The notes under the pieces were generated by a model. The model was not told the DNA's origin. It ran no database searches and worked only from the letters and a program-made list of their open reading frames with translations. 64,000 nt of DNA from positions 26,040,001 to 26,104,000 of the forward strand of contig CM060731.1 of NCBI GenBank assembly GCA_030704615.1, in the 5' to 3' direction. The position numbers and the translations under genes were made by a program. The stretch's first letter is position 1; each line of letters starts with the position of its first letter. Shown here in pieces: positions 27,016 to 38,411 of the stretch. This stretch comes from Takakia lepidozioides (Eukaryota > Plantae > Bryophyta).

Positions 27016-28887
27016 CCATGGGAGCTCAATCTGTCACTCACAGGATATTCATTCTTTGCAGAGGAAAAAAAAAAGGAAATCCGTCGGGGAAGATTCGGCA
27101 GTGTCAGAAGGTGATTTTGAGGAAGAGTCATTGGAGGGCCACTATGAAGACAAGGCCGAGGAGATTATGGGTGGGCAAAAAGTGAACTCGTCGAAGGTGA
27201 TTCTGTCGATGGAGGTTCCCGGCGGAAACCTTGTCATTCCGCTTTGCAGGATGATCTCCATGCCCGCTGTTCGACCAGCATTGAGGAATGACATCACGAA
27301 GTTGAAGAACGACTTTGTTCACGGCTATGTCAAGGGATCTACAGTGTTCTACGTATCCACTATGAACACGAAAGGAGAGGAGTGTCTTGTAACAGAGGAC
27401 ATTGAGCAAAGTTGGGATGCATGCTGGCGGGGATGTAAACAGGGAGTTGAGTTTAAGCTGTCCAAAAAGGCCTCCACAAAAGCATTCATGGGAAAGATGT
27501 TTTTTGTCTGGGATGGGAACACAGACTGCTTGCCTGGATGGATTACATTTCAAGCATGCACACGGACGACATCAATGGCACTGGAGCGTGGTTTCCATGG
27601 TTCTCGACACAAAAGGACGTGTCACGCAGCTCCTTACAGCCATGCACGACATAAACAAGTAAGTTGCCAACATTGTGTCTGTTCCGAGTTCCCACAATTT
27701 GGAATCCACTTATGAGTTGAAGGTTTTTCCAGGTCCAATGAAACCTCTCATGTGACGACCAATCTCTACCACACTCTATTCCGCATCCAGAAGATAGGGC
27801 TGATGCCATTGGATTCATTCACGACGTGCTCAGTCCAGCAGATGAAGAGGTGTGCCGACAAGAAGACAAGCACATGGTACAGCTTGACAAGAGAGGCTTT
27901 TCTTGACTACATGTACACTGTAAGCTTCTTGACACCTGTTTGCTTATTGTTACTGCAGATTTTGTCAAGAAACGCCAGTGTTTGATTCTTTTACCTGTTA
28001 TGAATGCAGCAAGAAATAGCAGAAACTGGTTTGAAGGCGAAAGCTGAGTACTATGATTCCCACACAGAAGAGCAGAGGTCTGAAACTGGGCTTGAGGACA
28101 TGATGAAATTCGAGATGAACAATCAAAGGAAGAACCTCATGAGTGCATTCGACAAACAAATCCGGATAGCAGATCCAGGTCTTGGCACGGAATTTCTAGA
28201 GTAGGTGAAAGCACATTATGACAAGTATGGCTCTAAGCCAGAAATGACTCAAGAGAAACTACATCGCCTTTCCATTTCAATGTGGACAATGCAACCAAAA
28301 TCAGGTGGTTGGAGATCTGGAATTCGGATCCACTTGTGAGAGACACCAACATGTTCCCAACTCCTGAGAGGGACTCGAAGACACAAGCAATAAAAGTTGT
28401 TAGCGACCACACATTCGACCAGTGGCTACACAAAGCCACATTCTGGAGCCAGGTATGGTTTCCACAAAACCATTTTCAGAAAGTAGTGTTGCTACTTAAT
28501 GTCTCGCGAATTCTTATGAGTTTTCTTGTTGCAGTTAGAAAAACGTGCAGTCGCTGCACTTGGGGAGACCATGGCAGACTACAAAATCCAGATGGCTTGC
28601 CCCCGGATCACACTGGAGGCCTACATCAGGAGATGGAAGCTCGCTGTCTGGAACAACTGCTTCTTCAGGGAGTTTGAGAAAGACAAAGGAATCTCCAGGT
28701 CGTACGAATTCAAAAACCAGTACAACAGCGAGCAAGCAATGAAACGAGTGTTGTACAGGTGTGACCTCCTTGAAACAAATTTGGTACTTGAAGGGCATGT
28801 TTCTGCATTCTTGTGTTGTACTTTCTATATAGCAGCTCGAATTTGCAGGTTATGAGGGAGCTCTGAGGGCTCTGGATGTGCAATCGA

Positions 28888-29512
28888 GCAACATTGCGTT
28901 AACGCAAGCTTGTATCCCGTTGTTTTGGTTTCAATTTCCTATAGGTGGGGTCTCCCATAATGCCATTTTTCTCCATGTGAAAGGTGAAAAACTGACAGGA
29001 AAATCAGCATTGCGTCAACGCAAGGTTGATGAAGGGCCAGGCTATGTAGGTTTACCTGGGTTTTTGGGCTATAATTTGCGGTCATTTCCAGTTTCAATGC
29101 TGCCAAGATGAACATAAAGTCTGTTTGGAGTCTGTTTGAAATGCTATTTAGAGCTTATTTTGTACCATCAAACAGACTTGCGTTGACGCAACGTTGTTTG
29201 GTGGTATGGATTGCTAGAAATGTCCCGCAGCAATACCCCAATTTCCATACAATTGTAGGAAAGTTGTGGTTGTCAGATACCATGGACATGTGTTTCAACA
29301 GAGGAAATCAACATTACGCCAACGCAATGTTGAATATCCGTACCAGTAGATATTCGAAAGGATGTTTTCAAGCACTGTTTTCCATTTCCACTGTAAATGA
29401 AAACAACCTTGCGTTGAAGCAATGTTGAATTGCCCTTGTTAAAGAACAGTTCTCCGCATTTTGTGTTTCCCATTTCTGCTCGATTCAACATTGCGTCAAC
29501 GCAAGGTTGATT
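28888..29512. repeat. Six copy-A palindromes in the large cargo intron
   Basis: TCAAC(A/C)TTGCGT(CA/TG/TA)ACGCAA(G/T)GTTGA variants at 28888, 29003, 29173, 29307, 29404 and 29483. Confidence 0.92.
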
Positions 29513-32184
29513 CGGGACTGCAAAGGTGATTTCTGCGTGTTGCTTTCCTGCATTTCAATATCCTTTTCCTGATGTGTGATCTGTTTCATTTTCAGATCGA
29601 ATGACTGCCTGGATTTTGTGTGTGTGATTCAGGTACATGTATCATGTCCTCATACCGGGAAAGTACCTTAGCGATGACCCAGACTTCATCTACTCATGGG
29701 CTGACCCCTCCAATGACAAGACAATGTACACGGCTGGTATTGCCAGAGACTGGAGCAGGGCGCACTTCAGAGACTATGGGTGGTACCTCGACCTGCCAAA
29801 ACAAGATACACCATTCGATGAAGTTGTTTTGAGAAACCTGAACGACAACGCCACAGCAATTGCCCCACTGGCTGACAAAGACATTCAGGATAGAATCATT
29901 TCTGCTCTGGCTGCAAAAGAGCCCGAGAAATCTGCTACTCCAAAATGAAAGGGGAAGATTGTCGGGGATCCAAAGGGGAAGGGGGAAAAGTGCAGCTCCT
30001 CAAGGACAGGACCGTCAGAGGTCCCTCAAAGACAGCCTTCTCCAACTAGGAGGGATAGGAGAACATCAAAGTCGAGGGAGCAGCCTTTCGAGGCGAGAGA
30101 ACATCCCTCCAGGGTTTTGGGACAGTTCAAGGTGCTGAATGAAAGTTTTCTTGCAATGATGGAGTCCAGGAAGTCCACATTCAAAGGGGTGCCCTCGAAA
30201 TCATGGGACATGCTTGTTTCGTTCCTCACTCAGGTAAGCACATATGTCTTAACTATTGTATGAGTGATTTTGGTTTGACCACTTGTTATGACTTGTCCAG
30301 GGTTTGATCTCGTGCTGGATTTGGATTTGGCTTCTTACACTGTCTCCTGTTTTTTGCTGAAGGTCACAAAAAGTCCGGATTGGGTGAAATGGAGTTCAGC
30401 AGGCATACGCGACTGACCTTGTGGTGCTGGACATTCCTGACGGTTTTCCTGTCCCTGATGTGTTCCCTTCCAATTCGACCCCGACTTGGAACAAATCGGA
30501 TTCTCGTTACTGGCAGTGGGCTTTCTCATTCAGCAACAAATTCTTTTCTGACTCGGGGGCTCTTCTTCTCATGCAGTCAAAGGACACGTCGGCACGAAGA
30601 ACTCTTTTTCAGCTACATGAAAGCTTCCGGGTTTCGTGTCATCAAAACTTGGACATGCATCAATACTCTGCCTCTTACGAAGGGCGAGTTTCCGGGGCAG
30701 AAAGTGAGTTGGTTCCTTTCAATTAAAGTTTCATGGTTTTTCAGTAAATCAAAAGGTAGGTTGTGTCTTTTGCCTCATGCTCTCTTCGTGATTATTGACA
30801 GACTCGAGTGTTCGAAGCTTTGTGCCTGGTGAGGCGGAAGGACACTCTTCCTCCTGGTGTTGCTGAGTTCCAGTTGAGAGACCTTGCAGCTCACATTGAC
30901 CCCACCTGCGAGCCTGTGGAGGATGATGTTATCTTCAATTACGTCGACTCGGTCGAACTATGAAAAGGTCGATTGGTGTCCCTTGGAGAGGTGCACGGGA
31001 GAAATCTCCAGCTTTCATGCAGACTTTGGTGGAGACATGCAGCCGTCATGGTGGTCGAGTGGTTGACTTGTCTATGGGCACAGGTGGGGCCCTTCACATT
31101 GTGTTTGACATATGGGCAGTGACCTTAGGGAAGCCCTGTTTTAATTTCTCGTTCGTCTTGGATTTGCAGGAGCATCTTTTCATGCTTGCAAGAGCGCCGG
31201 AAGGCACTTCTTTGGCATGGAGGTTGATACGGAGCTCTTCTCAAGCGAGCTTCGTCAGCTTGAGTCCGGCACTACTTCTTCCCCATCCACAGGGACTTCT
31301 AGAGGAGCCCGAAGCGCCTGAGGAGGATCTCGACGTGGACTCCGATTTTGAGTGTGAGTAAGTTCGGCTGTAGTCGTGCAAAAATGTTGCATTTACTTGT
31401 GTCATTCCCGTTTGAGATGGTTGCTTACATTGTCTATATCTGGATGTTAACATCTACCACCATTCCTCTTCTTGCTTTCCAGAGTTCGGCACCAGTCATC
31501 GAATCAGCAGACACCTTTCGGTTTCCAAGGATACTACATGTCCCCGAGTCCCCCTAGAGCTTACCGCTTGCCGGTTTACGCTGAAGCTTGCGCACAGGTG
31601 TTATCCCAACAATCAATGTATTCGCATTTACATGAAGGTCGTGGAAAAAAAAAACGTCGCGGATGTGCTGCTGTATTTGATAGATGATATTGCTGTAAAC
31701 TCTGGAAGTGGTTCCTCTGAAACCTCCAATAGTTCTTGAGTTCAAGTACCGAGGCTCAATAAATTGTGTTTTGGTTTTGCTTCCATCCCCAAACTGTTTT
31801 TCAAGTTCATTGCGCGTTCCCGTAAGTACAGTTAGGGATTGCCTGGGGTAGGTCTTCGGAATCCGGAATTGAAAAATGTTTGTGGGTTGGAATGAATGTA
31901 CTGCTTTGCAAAACAAAAGGGTTTGCTTTTAATATTCAGTTCTCTAGTGGGCGATCTCCTCATTCCAAAGGGATGCCCTCAATCATAAACCATCCGCAAA
32001 CCTGCCATTGTTCTCGACTAGAAAGAATATTCATGTGGGGGCAATGAAGAGGGATAAAAAATAAGGATCCGCGGTAATAGGGGAAGCCAGGGGGAAAGCA
32101 CGGTATTAGGGTCTGAACACGTGGATGCTTGCTTATGTGGCGTGAGCAAAGCCAAGCTCACAGGCTCACGCGCAAGCATCCCGC

Positions 32185-34658
32185 GGGTCCATATCCGCCT
32201 CCATGAGGCCCAAACCTGCAATAGCAGCTCTGCCCAACATCAGTGGCTGAACTCCCGAGTCCAACAAGACCCGCAGTGGCCAGTACCTCTTGCCTGCTGG
32301 TCCACTCAAAAAGAAAATGCCATCATGGTTGTCTAACAAGACAACTCCAGGTGTCACCATGACGCGCTCAAAGGCTGGCCTAGATGGCAGCTCTGTCAAC
32401 CTGGCAGCTACAACTTGCCATGGCGCAGTCGTGGCAGTCTTCACCCTCAAATCCGAGGATCCCTCTGCCACTACACCTTCCACTAACTCCGCAGAAGATG
32501 AAGTGACATCCCCACTCTCACAGAGTATTGCTACTAGTCTGAACACCGCAGCTGGTCTTACCCCCGGCGCTGGGCATCTCCATGCCCATACTTGCCACAA
32601 TGCCCACACTGCAACTGTGCAGGCTGTGCTTCTGCTGGCCCTTTGTCACTTTCTGGGCAATCTTTCTTGACATGGGATCCTCCACATGTCCAACATACCA
32701 CCCCTGGTTGCTGTTGGCCTGCAAAAGAAGCTACTGGCCTCTGCACCTGAGGTCCCCTGTAAGCTCCATGGAATTTGGGTTGGGCAACCTTGCCCCCCTG
32801 ACCACACTGTTGGGCAGTCCCTTGTATCTGTTGGCTGGCAGCTGCACCTCGTGCAGGCATGTCCTAGCCAAATCCAATGGTAACAACTCACTTCTCCACC
32901 ATGTTGAGCTCAATCCGCTCAGCCAGCAGAAACACATCTGCTAATGTGGGTTGGGCCACTTGTAACAGGGTTGCATCCCGCACCCTTCTCCTGAGCTCAT
33001 TGTCCAAAATTCCATACCAGAACTGGACTGCCTGAGCTTCAGTAACTCCTTGGGTCACACTTATCAAGCGCCTCATACGAGTGTAGGCCTCTCGCAAGCT
33101 CTCGCTGGATTTGCGCTGGAAGTCTTGCAAACTTCGCAGCTTCTCTGTCCGTACGCCTTAGTAGTTCGTCCGCAACTCCTGGAAGAACTCCACCACCGGG
33201 TTGAATCTAGGCACATGTGTTGTAGTCGTGGTAGGAGGAGTAGTAGCACCTTTTGAACTGGTACCACCTGCAGAAGTACCAGCACTACTTGTTCCACTAC
33301 TAGTGCTGGCAGTGGGAGATATTGGTGCTGATGCAGCTACTGGTCGCGTCGTGCCTCGAGTAATGGAGACGTAGTCAGGTGACCAATACATCCTCAACTC
33401 CTCAATCTCTGCTTTATGTCCTCGCCTGAACTCATGGTAATCGTCCATAGGCGGGCCTTCCAAATGCTGGAACAGTCCTTTCCACGCCATGAATGGGGTG
33501 AACAGCTCTGGATTACGCATCTGCTGCAAATCACACCAGTTGTCGAACTTTTGGATAAAGTCATCCAGCTTGATTGTGCCAATAGCTCCAAAGTACCTAC
33601 GAGGCCCCTTAGTAGCTCTATACATCTCCTCCATGTCGTCCTACAACAATGGCGAATGAAACTGCACACGTGTTGATGAAGCCTCTGAGTCTGTGTCTGA
33701 CTTTGCACTAGTTGAGGGTGGAGGTGAAGGTGGTTTGAAACGAACACCTCGTCTGGTGAACCCACTCTCACTGCTACTGCCTGTAGCCTTACTCCCCTCA
33801 AAACCCTTGGGTAACTCCGTGATGACACTCACAACCCGCACCTCCCCCACGTGACACTATAAGGCTCTAGTACTAATTCTAATAGTGACATGGGTGAGCA
33901 CCTGTTGCGGATTAAGGGTCATATCCCAGTGGCTAAGGGCACCTGCACCTGCATCCACCGCAAGAACTCCTATGGTTGGCTGGTCATCAACCCAGCCTCA
34001 CCATAGAAGAAACACTGGTGGTCTTGCTAGTCATCACTCCAGCCTCACCACCGATAGCATACTCTAGGATTGACCGGTGATCAAATCCGGCCTAATCCCT
34101 ATGAAAGCAAGCGCCCATACAAAACCAACATGGCGCACAGTCAAGCATGCAAGTGTGAGGGGGATCCAAACACAAAAAATCAAAACATCAACACCCCCAC
34201 ACCAAAATCCATCTGCAGTGCTGATCCTGCAGAATATCCCAGCCCAAAACCCCGGACTGACTGGCCTCCACCAAGAGAGGCTTTGGCAACTACAAGTACA
34301 AAGTAATGAAAATAGTAAAAAAAAAGAGGGGAAGAATAGAGGCCCGACCAAGCAAGATCTAATCCTGATCTATGTTATCAATTGCCAGACTTCTCTCAAA
34401 GTGCCTCGCTCTGCATGATGGTAGGTGGAGGAGGTATATCTATGTCCAGAAACCTGCCACTAACCTTGTCCCAAGCTACAATAGCTCGCTCTAACCAACC
34501 CTCCTCCTCTTTCTGCCAGGTAGAGACAAAGCAATACTTCTCTATCTCCTGCTCACTGAATACTAAAGAAAATAAAGGTAGGGTCTGACAGTCTCTCAAC
34601 TCGAAAGCTTTGAGACGGTTGTGAGTGTCCTCATTGCGAATGACTGCATCTCGTTCAA
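32185..34658 (-). mobile_element. Ty3/gypsy fragment 2: part of putative 5' LTR, gag, CCHC knuckles and aspartic protease, interrupted by copies A and B
   Basis: gag 33850-32880 homologous to 21329-22357; CWTCGGSHVKKDC and CGHCGKYGH; protease VLLDSG; putative LTR end CCGCAACA at 33903, which may continue at 51251-51786. Confidence 0.82.
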
Positions 34659-34874
34659 CAGGGATGCCTCGGCGTGAGCCTGGTCACGTGAGCGCGTGAG
34701 CGCAACTGCGCTCACGCCACGTCACCTTGCGCAAATGCCACGTCACGGGGCTCACTCCACGTCATCACACGTGAAGGCCGCGTCACCACGCGCCCAGAAA
34801 GAAGTGGAGTGTATTCCCGCGGATTGGCACCCTTTACGCGGAAACAAGCTGGACGACATAATAAAAGGCATTGA

Positions 34875-35190
34875 ATAAAGGATGGATGAATGTACAGTTG
34901 GATGATAAACAGATGGATAAGTGTGAAAAATGAATGTAGATGGATGAATGAGGGATGGATAAGAGTAAAATGGATGAATGTATAATGGATGTTGAGCAAT
35001 GACAAAAATTCATGACAGGAAGATGCATGACCAAATCTTTTGACGAATGCACAACGTATATGAAATGAGTGTGGAAGGTTTGTGGGTGGATTAAAGAGTA
35101 CAGAGGATGAATGTACAATGGATGTTGTACAAAGGAAAAAATTCATGAATGGAGCACGCATGAATACACTGTAGATGAATGCACAATGGA
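34875..35190. repeat. TGGATGAATG-type low-complexity repeat near the copy B end
   Basis: Recurrent GGATGAATG/TGAATG units. Confidence 0.65.
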
Positions 35191-37689
35191 TATGAGAAGA
35201 GTCAGGGAGGTTTGTGAGATGGATTCATACATATTGCAATTTAAATGAAAGTTGATTCTGTGATTATTATTTGTTCTAAAGGAACAACTACGGTGGAGGA
35301 AGGGGATTCAACGTTTCCAGATAATATGAAAATGAATATTAAAAGAATACAGTTCAGTCTGACTCAGAGTCAGTACAATGTATCCCCGCTTCCTCTGCAT
35401 CTAAGTCTAAGTATTTTAGAACACCAGATCCACGCTGGATACACCTACGCTGGCCACTAAAAAGTCAGGGGATAGGGACTCGGCCGCGTGAAGTGCCATT
35501 GCTTCGGCATAAACAAGAAGCAGAAAATTGGAAAGGGGGCTGTCGAAAACAGACTCGCCAGAAATGACTGTATCTCCTGAAGATCCACCGCTGCCTTTCC
35601 TAAAAGACAGCCTGAAAAATTATTACTGTAACTTTGATGTTATTGAGAAATTGAGTATGACTCCCAAAGAGGGTTTAGCACTTACTCACATGAAAAGTCG
35701 TTGTCGACCTGCTTATCTTCGGGATCGTCATCATTTCGAATTTGAATCCGATCAGTCTGTGTGCCTGAAGTGGAGCCAGACAAAAGGGGGAGGAGCACTG
35801 TGTTGTAGAGGTCAGAATCACCCTCCATGCCAAAAAGGCTTCTTCCGCCTGCCTTGCATGCATGGTAAGTTGCTCCTGCACCAGACATGAGAACATGAAC
35901 AGTTTGGAGGGGGGGATTTAAGCAGATAAAACTGTTGAAAGAAAACCAATTCGGAAGGGAAAAAACGAACCTGTGGACACAGAAAGATCGACCACCCGTG
36001 CAGAGCGGTGGCTGCATGACTCCAGCAGTATTTGCATGAACGCTGGGGACTTTTCCTTTGCACCTCTCCAAGGAGTGCCATCTGGTCTCTTCAGAGTCTG
36101 ACTGGACTGCATGAAGTTGTACAAAATGTCATCGACATGGGGCTCATAGGGGGGGTTGACGAAACAACCCTGGTCAGAAATCTCAAAGCTGCGGATGGAG
36201 GATGTGTCTTTGAGGTGCGAATCCTCCGCAGGCAGATCGCCGAACATCCTCGTCTGCCAAAGATAGCAGGTTAGTGTGGTAAACACAATCTATAGTGGAA
36301 GTGTGTACATCGGCTATTCAGAACTCAGACACAAAAAAATCATGAATCGGTGATGATCGGTGTCGATCATAAACATTCTACTAGAGTGGAGCTGCAGAGA
36401 AAATTAAAACTCATGATCAAAGCACAAGCAGAAGGGAGACGGCATACCAGCTGACCAGGGAAACCCCCTTTCACAAGGTAGAGGCTGTTCACACAATTCC
36501 ATGTGCGCAAAACTTCAAACCCTGAAGACTTGAGGTATGATGCCAATGCCCGACGACTATCATTGTCACATGACTGAAAAAAGCAGAAGTGTCCTTGCAT
36601 CAGAGAGGAAGTTGTTACAGAACCCGAACACCCAACTCCAGTAGTTGTCCTCGAATTTGTTCCAGCCTGGCGTCTTGCCCTTTGGAAGAACTTCTGGCAG
36701 CCTGGCCATCCGGGATGTCGAGAATGACAATGTCGGCCGCATAAGTTTTTGCACACCGCACACGAAGGTGGGACCTGTGCTCACCTGTAACAGACATGTT
36801 TTTTATAAGAATGATGGCAAGATTGTTTTCAAAGAACGAGACTGAAATACTGCCAACGAAACTTTCAGAGAAAAAGGAAAGAAACTGGAATTCTCACCAG
36901 ATTGAGGAATGAGATTATATTGTCCCAGGTAGGGGATGGCACCCCAGTGTATCCTCTCTTTCGACTCTGCATCATCGAAAGCCAACCCTCATTGACAATT
37001 TTCATCACTCCTGCCGAATCAGAACGGGAAGGGTGTGGCTTGGCATCGAACACGCACTGAAGAGTGCGGGTATATCTTCCAGCAGTAAAGTCCTGCCCAC
37101 TCTCCATCTCCTTTTCATTCTCCTTCCCCTTGTCCTTTTCCTTCTCTTTGGACTTGTCTTTGTCCTTTGGTTTTGCTGGTGAGATGGCTATGACATCAAC
37201 AGCCTTGTCTTTTGGTTTGCGGCCCGCCTTCTTTCCCTTCTGCGGCGTTCCCTGAGCATCAGGCTCCTTGGCAGCCAATGTTGCTATGTTTCGTTATACT
37301 CTTCGTCAGTCAAAGGCGCCCAGCATCTCAGCGTTATTGTTCAAGTATTTCATATGCTGTTCTTGAAAGGTCGTGTGCTCAGGTGGGCAGTCAAGGTACC
37401 ACCCACAGTCTCTGAAGTGAGAAGGACTCCAGTCCTTCAATATCCCTGCAGTATACATGGTTGGATCGTTTGCAGGGTCCGACCACATGTCAAGATAGTC
37501 GGAAATTCCGCTCAGGTGATTTCCTTCCATAAGCACATATTTCGTGTACCTGAAAAAAGGAGATAAATCCCAACCCACAAAAGCGCTCAGTGAGTAAGAT
37601 GCAAGTAGAACAGAATGAAAAAACATAGATTGAAATGGCTCTGAGAACTGCTCCAAGGACCTTTCAGGACCACACTACTGCTCCAGATA

Positions 37690-38411
37690 TGAATGTCGTC
37701 AACGCCATTCAAAACATTCCATTCAATGATACTGTAAATACACCTCAATCCAGGTGAATGCAAATTATCGTTAGGAATGACACAGACATAGAAGTGAATG
37801 TCGTCAACGACATTCACTAATGAAGCCTAATTATTACTTAAATGAAGCAAAATCACAGCGATGGAAATCATAAAATCGAGTAAGGAACCCTCCAGGAAAA
37901 CTCAATGCACATTCATAACGAACATATCACTGAGGACCTCACAACATCACTGTATGTGAATGGCGTCAACGTCATTCACAAAAATACCAAAAAGAAACCA
38001 ATTACTTAGCTCCCAATCCATGTAAATTCAAATTGTTGCTGTTGAATAATATAGACACAGAAGTGAATGTCGTCAACGACATTCACTTTGCATTTCTCAT
38101 AACAGAGCTTATCAAGCCTCCAGATTCCTCGCAAGAGGCAAAAACAATGCAGAACAACTGAATGTCTGCATTGACATTCAGCAAAATGAAGTGAGGAACC
38201 CTCACTGTAACCTCTATGGACATTACAAAAATTTACATAACTCTGAGGACCTCTCACCAACTCCTATGTGAATGTCGTCAACGCCATTCAAGGACATTAT
38301 CAATTCTAATCAGGGACACTATAATTACACCCTTAGATCCTAACCAGGTGAATTCATATACTCGCTTAAGAATGACTCAGACAAAGAAGTGAATGTTGTC
38401 AACGACATTCA
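37690..38411. repeat. Seven copy-B palindromes in the large cargo intron
   Basis: GTGAATGTCGT-CA-ACGACATTCAC variants at 37690, 37794, 37955, 38061 (perfect 13-bp arms), 38158 (altered core), 38268 and 38389. Confidence 0.92.

Larger units (their letters stand above)
26290..31683 (+). pseudogene. Spliced cargo gene A: ParB/Srx-like domain plus beta-class N4/N6 DNA methyltransferase-like domain
   Basis: About 10 exons. ParB-like: VRPALRNDITKLKNDFVHGY and FFVWDGN(H)RLLAW at 27512 (1-bp deletion). MTase: VVLDIPDG (30430), then REKSPAFMQTLVETCSRHGGRVVDLSMGTG/ASFHACKSAGRHFFGMEVD. Stop at 28202 and frameshifts. Confidence 0.8.
22807..32184. mobile_element. Mutator-like DNA transposon copy A (transposase plus ParB-MTase cargo), truncated on the transposase side
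   Basis: Right terminus read inward, GGGATGCTTGCGCGTGAGCCTG, matches the copy B terminus GGGATGCCTCGGCGTGAGCCTG and abuts a gypsy protease. Left side breaks at WFCADDC. Gene content is colinear with copy B. Confidence 0.85.

Noticed and set aside
28888-38411. Intronic palindrome clusters as CRISPR arrays
   Set aside because: Spacing is irregular (80-170 bp), orientation is mixed, and the intervening DNA is partly duplicated; binding-site clusters fit better.
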